A stretch of DNA of 64,000 nucleotides, taken from NCBI GenBank assembly GCA_964016885.1, contig OZ024759.1, positions 26,722,001-26,786,000 on the forward strand. Reading direction: 5' to 3'. The position numbers and the translations under genes were made by a program. The stretch's first letter is position 1. Each line of letters opens with the position of its first letter. Under the pieces are notes generated by a model that had not been told where the DNA came from, made no database searches, and was given only the letters and a program-made list of their open reading frames with translations. The stretch is from Eledone cirrhosa. Taxonomy: Eukaryota. Positions 55,436 to 64,000 of this stretch are shown here, in pieces.

Positions 55436-55640
55436 AACTTTACTAATCTGTGTTGTGTAGGTATAGACCAGTAATTTGTGATGGTCGTGATATGGCATGT
55501 CTTGAGCATTTTATAGCTGGTGGGTCACATACCCTCTATATGTCTGAACACAGATTTCTTCCAGGGATAGGATATTGGTAGATAAATAGATATATTTCTT
55601 TATTTTTTAGATGGATATATTTCTTTATTTAGATAAATAG

Positions 55641-56257
55641 ATATGTTTCTTTTATTTGCCACCAGGGCATCAAAAGTGGGACAAGTACAATGGGGGGAGT
55701 TTACAAAACAAGGCGTCCTCAATAAGGAGGAGGCAATAACAAAATATAAAAATAAAATAAAATATAACAGAATAAAATATATAACAAAATCCTTAATAGG
55801 GAGGAGGCGCCTTGGGGGGTCGCACATACCCCCGAAACAAGTGTGCAACCCTTTTCCTCAGGAGCACAGAGAAGGAGTGCTCCCTTGGTCTTTCATCTTC
55901 CTCACCTATAGTCTGATGTAGAGTGAAGGCCCATTCACATGGGCCATTCTCGCCACTTTCACCCATCTTTCATAAAAACGGCTGGGGTGCAGCACCTCTC
56001 TCTCCATCCTGATCCTTCTTCCGAAATGATATCGGAAGAAACGGACCAGTTGTTGGCCAGAGCGAAAGGTGTCTGACCTCAGTCCTTTCAGACGCGTCCA
56101 CCATACAACCTCTTTCGCCATGGCTATTACGCACAGAAACACCGCCTCTCCTTCGTTTTTGAAGAGGGGAGGCGGCTTTATCGTTACAATAGACTCGGTG
56201 GTCAACCGGATCGGTCCCACCCTTGACAGCAGTTGTTCGACATAGCCTCACAGATCA
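55641..56257 (-). mobile_element. 5'-truncated Tx1-like copy, sister subfamily with a diverged 3'UTR
   Basis: Encodes the ORF2 C-terminus (IKPPPLFKNEGEAVFLCVIAMAKEVVWWTR...). Confidence 0.9.
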
Positions 56258-56541
56258 GATAAATAGATAGACAGACAGACAGATGGGTAGATAGATAGAT
56301 ATATTTCTTTATTAGCCACAGGGGCACAAAAGAAGGGGACAAATACAAAGGGGGAAGTTTACATACAATAAAAACGTGTAAAATGTTATCACAGATGGAA
56401 TTTAAAAGTTAGTCGATTTTCCCCAATAGAGGGAGACAGTTTATATGGGTAACACATACCCCCGAAAAAAAATGTGCAACCCTCATCTCCAGGAGTACGA
56501 AGAGCTTGTACTCCTTTCCTCTCCTCCTCCTTTTCCTCAAC

Positions 56542-59500
56542 CTACAGGCTGATATAGAGAGAAGGCCCATTCACTCGAGCCATTCTCGCCACTTTCACCC
56601 ACCTTTCATAAAACTTGCTGGGGTACAGCACCTTTCTCTCCATCCTGATTCTTCTTCCAAAGTGGTATTTGAAAAAAAGAATCAGTTGTTGGCCGGAGAG
56701 AAAGGTGTCTGACCTCAGCCCTTTCAACCTTGTCCACCATACAACCTCTTTCGCCATAGCTATCACACAAAGGAAAACCGCCTCTCCTTCGTTTTTGAAG
56801 GAGGGTGGCGGTTTGATCATGACAATGGACTCGGTGGTCAACTGGATTGGTCCCACCCGCGACAATAGTCGTTCTACATAGCCCCACAGGTCAGTGACGC
56901 CCAGGCAGTGTATGAATGCGTGCGCGACGGTTTCTTCGTCTCGCACGCACCTCGGACAGATCTTTTTTGCAGGGTCCCTGCCCGGGCGCCCATGTCTGTA
57001 GAGCTTGTCTCGAACTGGTAGAGCTCCTCGGTAGCACTGCCAGGCCAGGGACTTTTGGAAGTTGTCCATCGGTCCCGGGCGGAAGGTCCTACCGAACAGA
57101 CTGGCCAGTTCATCTTCCTCCACGCCTAGAGTTTCACCGAGCGCGTCGTCGCACTTGCTGCGGACCAACCCTCTATAGAATGACGAAGTGGAGTCTCCAC
57201 TGATCGCCGGGTCCGCCTGCCAGAGGGCTGTGAGCACCTGAGCACATTCAATGTGCCAGTCGCCCATTTTCCTCGGTCTCTGCTTGACCCAGGACTGCAG
57301 CTCGGTCAGCGAGACGAGTCGTGGGAAGGCTCGCCTCACGAACGGGGCCCACACCGGTTGTCCGGTGAGGAATACATAGAGATGCCGCAGCCTGAGTGCA
57401 TGTTTGCGCATCGTCAACCACGGCATCCCCAGCCCTCCGTTAGAAGGGTGTTGGCAGCAGATGGATCTTCTTACCAAAGGAGCCCGCCTCTTCCAAAGGA
57501 ATCGGAAGAGGGCGCGCTCCATTTTGGCGAGCGTTTTGGCTGGACAAGGCACGACGGTCAAGCGGTAGTAGATGGCGGACGCTATAAAAGTGTTCGCCAC
57601 CTCCGCTCGACCTTTCAAGGATAGTTTGCACTCGGCCCACTTCTGGGTGAATGCAAACACCTTGGCCGTCACTTCGTTCCAGTTCTTCTCCACCTGGAGG
57701 TCCGGACCAAACCAGACCCCGAGCAGCTTTACCGGTCCTTCCGTCCAGCGTCCGACGACGCCATCGGAAGGCATCGGTCTGCCTCTCCACGATCCGAGTT
57801 GCAAACTGATGGACTTGTCCCGGTTCAGCTTCGCTCCTGTGAGACTTTCGTATTCCTTTAGTAAGGTGCCGACTTCCTCGATTTGCGAGGCGCTCGACAC
57901 CATTACTGTCACGTCGTCGGCGTAGGCCGACGCCGCTTTCCGCAGTCCCGGTTCCAGAGGGATGCCCTGCAATAGCTCCAGCTTCCGCAGTAGTGGCTCG
58001 AGAGTCAGTACGTACAGAAGGGAGGAGAGAGGGCATCCCTGTCGAATGGATCGCGTAATATGGAACAGCTCTGAGAGGTAACCGTTCACCTTGACCCTTG
58101 AGCAGATGTTGCTGTTGTGCATTGCAGCAATCCAGCCCCTGAACACGGGTCCGAAGCCTGCCGCCTTGAGCACCGCATCCAGGTAACGATGGTCAACCCT
58201 ATCGAAAGCCTTAGACTGATCCAAGTTGATCAGGGCCCCACCGAAGCCGGGTTTACACCCAACCCTCTCTATGATGTATCGCATGAGGTGGAGGTTGTCG
58301 TGTATGGACCTGGTCGGGATCGCGCATGTCTGCGCTTCTCCCACCAGGTTCTCGACGACAAGCGCCAGCCTCTTTGCCAACACCTTGGCCAAAATCTGTA
58401 ACTCTGTGTTTAGCAGAGTTATGGGCCGGAAGTTGCCTATGTCATCCCCCTTATTCTCGTCCTTCCTGATTAGTGTGACCACGCCCTCGGTTACAGAACT
58501 GGGAATTCTCCCGTTCTGTTGCCAGTTGCAGTAGACCGCTTCCAGGAGACCGGAGAATAAGTCCGGCATTGCTACGTAAAATTCGTAGGGTAGACCGTCA
58601 AGACCTGGAGATTTGCGTTTGCCGCATTGGCTCAGCGCGTCCCCTATCTCAGTGGCTGAAATCGGCTTTTCGCAGAACTTCGCCTCACTGTCCGAGAGTC
58701 GCGGTAGGCCGTCGAGGTATGGACCGAAATCCATAGCCTCTCCCGGCGCACCGCTCCCCCCGAACAGCTGAGCAAAGTGCCGCTGAAAAGCCGCACACAT
58801 CTGCTTCGGCTCACGTATCACGCGTCCGTTTTGGTCCTTCAAAGACCGAATCATGGACTTGTTGCCACTTTTTGCCTCCGTCACTCGGGCCCAGCTAACA
58901 GCTTTGGCTCCCTCGTTTCCCAGAGCATGTATTTTGCTTCTGACAACGCAGCCCTCGTGCTTTGCGTCGAAGAACTGGTCCAAGGCCGTTCTCGTTGCTA
59001 GCACGCTGGCTACGTTTCCACTTCTAATTGCCTCTTCTACTTTATCTACCAGTTCCTTCTTGGTTCTATTTCTATCTAACGCTAATTCTTTACTAAAAAC
59101 TATCGAGTCTAATCTAACTGCCCTCTTGAGAGAGTACCACAATCTGTTGTTGACAATGGCCCCTGTCAAGTGCTGTTTAACTAAAGTGCTAATCCGTCTA
59201 CTGTAGGCTTTGCTTGTCGGTAACGACAAGTTCAGCTTCCAGTAGCCGGGTCCTTGTCTATGGGTTCTATCAAGGTTGGCCATGCAGGTCACTAGTTTGT
59301 GATCTGAATAGGCAACCATGAACATTTGTGGACAGCTTAACATGTCCCTATCCTTATTTCTAACTAGAACCCTATCTAGGTACGATCTAGATGTTCCGCT
59401 ACGATTACTCCACGTCCACAGTGGCGCAGTCGGAAAATCTAGTCGATATCTATCGGCCAGGTCAAATCGGTCGATTAACTGTTTGAGGCTGTTACACCCC

Positions 59501-59979
59501 CCTTTATCGGGACATGCTCCCACATAGTCCCAACGTGCATCTAGGATTCCATTCCAGTCCCCCACTAAAAGCAAGGAGCGGGACGTTCCCAGAAAAGTCT
59601 CTAGACGTTTGAAGAAGTCTGGCCGCGGTGTCCCGGATGGGGCATATGCGGCCACCAGCCTGAAGGCTCCACCTTCACTACCGTCAACGTCTAGGACCAC
59701 CAGTCGACCCTCCGGGTCCAGATGTACCGTCTGTGTTACGAGGCCCAGGTGTTTCCGCAGCAAAACGGCAACTCCGCCCCCACCCCCCGGTTGACAGAGA
59801 GATGCGTAGATCTCAAAGTCATCGAAGATGGGGGCCAGCTGTCGCTCGCCGTGGATCCTGGACTCGCAAATGGCTACCACATCCAAACTGTGCGACCTGA
59901 GGTCGTTTAAGAGTTTGCCCTGTTTCCAGGGCATCCCCAGGCTGCGTACTTTCACACATCCAACTCTTATATTGGCCAT
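56542..59979 (-). CDS. Tx1/L1-clade non-LTR retrotransposon ORF2 (AP endonuclease + reverse transcriptase + C-terminal Cys/His motif)
   Basis: Intact 1145 aa. APE motifs: GDWN, SYLDR, SDH, GPGYWKLN. RT motifs: KSPGLDG, FRPITLLN, DQSKAFDRV, QGCPLS, AYADD. C-terminal CPRC..ETVAHAFIHC. Confidence 0.97.
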   Translation of the reverse strand: MANIRVGCVKVRSLGMPWKQGKLLNDLRSHSLDVVAICESRIHGERQLAPIFDDFEIYASLCQPGGGGGVAVLLRKHLGLVTQTVHLDPEGRLVVLDVDGSEGGAFRLVAAYAPSGTPRPDFFKRLETFLGTSRSLLLVGDWNGILDARWDYVGACPDKGGCNSLKQLIDRFDLADRYRLDFPTAPLWTWSNRSGTSRSYLDRVLVRNKDRDMLSCPQMFMVAYSDHKLVTCMANLDRTHRQGPGYWKLNLSLPTSKAYSRRISTLVKQHLTGAIVNNRLWYSLKRAVRLDSIVFSKELALDRNRTKKELVDKVEEAIRSGNVASVLATRTALDQFFDAKHEGCVVRSKIHALGNEGAKAVSWARVTEAKSGNKSMIRSLKDQNGRVIREPKQMCAAFQRHFAQLFGGSGAPGEAMDFGPYLDGLPRLSDSEAKFCEKPISATEIGDALSQCGKRKSPGLDGLPYEFYVAMPDLFSGLLEAVYCNWQQNGRIPSSVTEGVVTLIRKDENKGDDIGNFRPITLLNTELQILAKVLAKRLALVVENLVGEAQTCAIPTRSIHDNLHLMRYIIERVGCKPGFGGALINLDQSKAFDRVDHRYLDAVLKAAGFGPVFRGWIAAMHNSNICSRVKVNGYLSELFHITRSIRQGCPLSSLLYVLTLEPLLRKLELLQGIPLEPGLRKAASAYADDVTVMVSSASQIEEVGTLLKEYESLTGAKLNRDKSISLQLGSWRGRPMPSDGVVGRWTEGPVKLLGVWFGPDLQVEKNWNEVTAKVFAFTQKWAECKLSLKGRAEVANTFIASAIYYRLTVVPCPAKTLAKMERALFRFLWKRRAPLVRRSICCQHPSNGGLGMPWLTMRKHALRLRHLYVFLTGQPVWAPFVRRAFPRLVSLTELQSWVKQRPRKMGDWHIECAQVLTALWQADPAISGDSTSSFYRGLVRSKCDDALGETLGVEEDELASLFGRTFRPGPMDNFQKSLAWQCYRGALPVRDKLYRHGRPGRDPAKKICPRCVRDEETVAHAFIHCLGVTDLWGYVERLLSRVGPIQLTTESIVMIKPPPSFKNEGEAVFLCVIAMAKEVVWWTRLKGLRSDTFLSGQQLILFFKYHFGRRIRMERKVLYPSKFYERWVKVARMARVNGPSLYISL

Positions 59980-60012
59980 GTTGGTGCTGAAAAGTTAAAA
60001 GAGGAAAAGAGA

Positions 60013-61110
60013 TCACTCACCCTTCGCCTCCTGGGGACCAGGCCGCACAATTTCCATGGGGGTGTTGGAGGGGTTGTCTGGATGGGTGGTGGTTTCCGGC
60101 GGGGTGGGGACGCAGATGTTTGGTGGGGTGGGGTCTGGTGGGATGGGGGTTTCTGGGGTGGGGAGGCATTTGAGAAGGACGCGGATGAGTGGTTTCACGC
60201 AGGAATTCCCCACATCCTTCTCAAATGTTTCTTTTAGGGACCTATAAGTTTGTATAGGGACCCTAATCAGTTTTAGGTTCAGTTTTTTGCTATTTTTTAT
60301 AGAGTGGGCGAAAGTTTTCCCTTCGGTGAAAACCGAAGGGTCGTTCGTGATGGTCTCCATTAGTGTTTTGTTTTCAGTGTTTATGTAAGTGTAAGTGTAA
60401 TTTTCTTGTGTTGTGTTTGTTTTTGTCTGTAGTTCTTGTGTGGGCTTTCGTTTTGTTGTAGGTATTTTGTTTTCAGGAGGTGGGGGTTTTGTTTGTGATA
60501 TTTTTGTTGTTTGTGTTGGTGGTTGTAGGTTTGTGGTAGTGTTTGCTGGTTTTTTGCTTTTGTGATGTCTTTTCTTTCTTTTCGAGCGATGGGGTTCTCC
60601 CTCGTCTTCACTGGGTGATGGCGAGATAGCCTCATCTGTTGTATCGTCTGTGTGATTGGGGAGGGGTATGTCTTGGGGAGCTGTTGTGTCTGTATGTGAT
60701 TTTGCAGTGGTTTTAGGTGGAGTGAGGTTGGGTGGGACTGTGTTTGTTGTGGTTATTTTTGTGTGTTGGTGTTGTTGTTGTTGTGGTGGTGTTGGTGGTT
60801 GTGTTGTTTTGATGGGTGTCGGCAGAAGAGCCTTTTTTTGGTTCATTAGTTTAGGACAGGAAGCCCTCAGGTGACCCCTGCTAAAGCAATGGTAACATGA
60901 AGGCCGCCTACCCTCAACCGAAAGGTTTATGTAGGTAAATCCGTCCAGGAGTACACGCTGTGGGATCATAGCTATTCGCTCTGGGCTCATTTGCACCAGA
61001 ACTTCAATGCTAGTCCCATTGAATACATCTCTGGGGGACTTGCCTACTGACAGTATTCTGTTTTCATCAAAATTGATGAAGCCACACAGTATCCACCATA
61101 TGTTCACCTT
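60013..61110 (-). CDS. Tx1-type ORF1, 5'-truncated (CCHC zinc knuckle, Pro/Thr-rich linker)
   Basis: CYHCFSRGHLRASC knuckle; stop lies 33 bp before the ORF2 ATG; 5' end is cut at (GATA)n, so the ORF-track N-terminus is read-through from a neighbouring copy. Confidence 0.88.
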   Translation of the reverse strand, partial: KVNIWWILCGFINFDENRILSVGKSPRDVFNGTSIEVLVQMSPERIAMIPQRVLLDGFTYINLSVEGRRPSCYHCFSRGHLRASCPKLMNQKKALLPTPIKTTQPPTPPQQQQHQHTKITTTNTVPPNLTPPKTTAKSHTDTTAPQDIPLPNHTDDTTDEAISPSPSEDEGEPHRSKRKKRHHKSKKPANTTTNLQPPTQTTKISQTKPPPPENKIPTTKRKPTQELQTKTNTTQENYTYTYINTENKTLMETITNDPSVFTEGKTFAHSIKNSKKLNLKLIRVPIQTYRSLKETFEKDVGNSCVKPLIRVLLKCLPTPETPIPPDPTPPNICVPTPPETTTHPDNPSNTPMEIVRPGPQEAKGE

Positions 61111-61133
61111 TGATAGATAGATAGATAGATAGA

Positions 61134-61428
61134 TATGTTTCTTTATTAGCCACAGGGGTACAAAAGAAGGGGACAAATACAAAGGGGGAAGTTTACATAC
61201 AATAAAAACGTGTAAAATACTATCACAAAAGTAATTTAAAAATTAGTCGATTTTCCCCAATAGGGGGAGACATTACATATGGGTAACACATACCCCCGAA
61301 AAAATGTGCAACCCTCATCTCCAGGAGTATGAAGAGTGAGTACCCCCTTCGTCTCTTCCTCTTTTTCCTCAACCTACAGGCTGATATAGAGAGAAGGCTC
61401 ATTCACTCGGGCCATTCTCGCCACTTTC
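61134..61428 (-). mobile_element. 5'-truncated Tx1-like 3' end
   Basis: Close match to 56300-56597, flanked by (GATA)n. Confidence 0.9.
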
Positions 61429-61496
61429 TGATAGATAGATAGATAGATATGTTTCTTTCTTTGTTTATTTATTTATATAGACAGGCAGATAGATAG

Positions 61497-61637
61497 ATAT
61501 GTTTCTTTATTAGCCAGAGGGGCACAAAAGAAGGGGACAAATACAAAGGGGGAAGTTTACATACAATAAAAACGTGAAACATGTTATCACAAATGCAATT
61601 TAAAAAGTTAGTCGATTTTCCCCAATAGGGGGAGACA
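61497..61637 (-). mobile_element. 5'-truncated Tx1-like 3'UTR stub
   Basis: Close match to 56300-56438, flanked by GATA/GACA repeats. Confidence 0.88.
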
Positions 61638-61939
61638 GACAGGCAGATAGATAGATAGACAGGAAGAGAAATGAAAAGAGAACGGTTTCTTCCAGAGAAG
61701 GGTTGAAAGTAAGAGAGAGGGAGTTGGAAAGAGATATAGATGAAGCATCGACACCAGTACCGGACTGGTACATTCGAAAGAATGAAAGACAAAGGTGACC
61801 TCGGTGGCATTTGAACTCAGAGAACGCTAATAGCACAAAACATTATCTCTAATATTCTAAAGACTTCCCTTTCTCTGTAAGAAATAAGCTATGTTCAGAC
61901 ACGGTGAAGTAATGAACTCCACCAGGTTATTAATAAGTG

Positions 61940-64000
61940 CTTAAGAAACATCTCCTCTGAGCTTCAACGATCTGAGGTCAGCTCTCACTACCTCTGCCCA
62001 TATCTTCCTTGGTCTTCCTCCCACTGGGATTACTTGGCACTTCTTCACCCTGCGGTGATCCTGCATACGCATCGCATGGCCATACCAACGCAGTCTTCTC
62101 TCTCGCACACTACAGTTTATCCTTCTTATAGAGTTTCACTCTCAACTCATCCATGCTTGGTCTTTCATGCACATTGACATTGCACATCCAATGGAGCATG
62201 CTTGCTTCATTTCTCTCCAGCCTTCGCATATCCTCTGCAGTTGCTGCCCATGTCTCACTAACATGCAACATTGTGCATCTCACACAGGCATCAAACAACC
62301 AACCTTTTGTACGCAGGGAGAAACCCTTTGTCACCAGAGGAAGCAGCTCCCTAAACTTCTTCCAGCCCGTCCTTATTCTAGATACTATGGCCTCGGAACA
62401 ACCCCCCCCCCCTCCCATACTAATCTGATCACCTAGGTACTGAAGCTATCAACCACTTTTATAGAACCTATCTGCATTTGAAAAATGGGTCTATCAATGC
62501 GACTTCTACTGTCAAATTTCCCTGTACATCTACTGCATACGTAGTTTTCCCTACCTGTTAGTTTGCCTGCTATCCCACTACATCTCGTGTGTACCCAAGA
62601 TCTGCATTGTGTACATTTTATAGAATGTATGCCAGTTCCTTTTCTGCATATTGAACATGACCATCAGAGTTTTGTCCTCTTTTCTACTTATCAACACTTT
62701 TGTCTTAGCTAGGTTCACTCTCAGTCCTCTTAATTCCAACTGCTGTTTCCATAGCCAGAATTTATTCTCTATCTCCTCTACTGATTCTGCTATAAGAACC
62801 AGATTGTCAGTATAGAGAAGTTCCCATGGGCAGCTAGTTTTAAACTCCTCTGTTATGGCTTGGAGGACTATAATGAAGAAGAGCGGGCTGAGGACCAAAC
62901 TCTGATGGACTCCTCCTTGTATCTGGAATTCCTCACTAAACTCCCTCACTTTACAGACAGCACCTCTGTACAAAGCTTGCACTGTCCTCACAAGCCATTC
63001 CTCAACACCTAGTTTCCTTATAGATCACCGGATGACAGATTGGGGTACACTATCAAAGGCTTTCTCTAGGTCAACAAAAGCTAAGTATAATGGCTTATTC
63101 TTCTCTAAGAACCTCTCTTGTAGTTGTCTCACTAAGAAGAGGGCATCGGTTGTACTTTTCCCAGGCACAAAACCAAACTGCATCTCATCTAGTTTGACTC
63201 TTTCTCTAATTAGTTGCTCTAATATCCTTTCTGCCACTTTCATAACCTGATCCATCAGTTTTCTGCCTCTATAATTGATCCTCTCCAGAGCATCCCCTTT
63301 ACCTTTGTAGCAATTTATGAGAATACTGCTGCACCAGTCTTTGGGTATGACTCCGCCATATATAGCTTGATTGATTATGCTTGCAACCAGTTTAGTACCT
63401 ACTTCTCCTCATGCCTTCAGCATCTCAGCAACTATCCCTGATAGTCCAGCTGCCTTACCATTTTTCCTTTCTTTAATTGCCTCTTTGACCCTATAGTCAA
63501 CAATCTCAATAGCTGGTCCCTCTGTTCGGTCAAATGTGGGTAGTTTCTCTCTCTCCCATTCATTCTCTACATTCATCAGCCTCTCATAATGGCATTTCCA
63601 GGCCTCCTTTTTCTGATCATTATTGACACTGAGTACACCAGCATCATTCCGGACACATTTATCTCCAACAACATCCCGATTTACACTGACACACTGGCTT
63701 GCAATGCGGAACACCGCACGTCTTTGATCTTCCCGTCACAGAACATTGGCAACCCTCCTATTCTCAGCCTCCCTGCGTGCTAAGTACACCTGACGTCTAG
63801 CTTCTTTCTTAGCGGCTGTGCATCGGTCTCTACTCCCACCATTTATCGAAGTGTTCCATGCTAGTCTTTTGTCTCTAATGGCCTTATCTACCGTGTTGTC
63901 CCACCACCAGGTCACTCTCTGTCTGGTCGGAGCTCTGCTCCAGCCACAAGTGTCTTCAGCAGCCTGCAGTAAGTTGTCACATAAGAAATTCCAGTTATTA
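61940..64000 (-). mobile_element. Degenerate RTE-clade LINE (frameshifted), running off the window end
   Basis: Fragments KAAGLSGIVAEMLK, QFGFVPGKSTTDA, FVDLEKAFD, GVHQ..LSP, RIRTGWKKFRELLP in different frames. Confidence 0.92.

Larger units (their letters stand above)
56300..61111 (-). mobile_element. Near-full-length Tx1-like LINE
   Basis: ORF1 + ORF2 + 3'UTR ending AATAAAGAAATATA-(TCTA)n; both ends abut GATA/TATC repeats. Confidence 0.93.

Noticed and set aside
54981-55446. Poly-V / poly-T ORFs
   Set aside because: Trinucleotide low-complexity tract with no splice or domain support.
56615-59794. + strand ORFs overlapping the Tx1 ORF2, and those over the RTE at 20609-21550
   Set aside because: Antisense shadows of GC-richer coding sequence.
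61111-61182. N-terminal extension of Tx1 ORF1 in the ORF track
   Set aside because: Read-through of a neighbouring copy's 3'UTR and (TATC)n.

Overview
AT-rich, microsatellite- and transposon-dense eukaryotic DNA. The SINE/RTE repeats resemble those of octopus/coleoid cephalopods, which is an inference from repeat resemblance only. Main content: (1) A minus-strand gene reconstructed by hand from GT-AG sites, with 27 phase-consistent coding exons (41005->2812) plus a tentative last exon (1940->1868), about 1120 aa. It has an N-terminal hydrophobic segment, an N-glycosylation-rich ectodomain, one TM helix and a long coiled coil, best matching EVC2/limbin. (2) A young Tx1/L1-clade LINE with an intact 1145-aa ORF2, sitting in a cluster of truncated copies that all abut (GATA)n. 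(3) RTE LINEs with a PHD finger inside the RT, CR1/R4/CRE fragments, two tRNA-derived SINE families, and piggyBac and Tc1/pogo MITEs. (4) The most unusual signal: several unrelated short fold-back elements in (TA)n tracts that carry minimal hammerhead-ribozyme cores (CUGANGA...GAAA), two apparently intact (33963-34005 +, 38697-38739 -). Most ORFs in the supplied track are microsatellite artefacts. Repeat boundaries are approximate.
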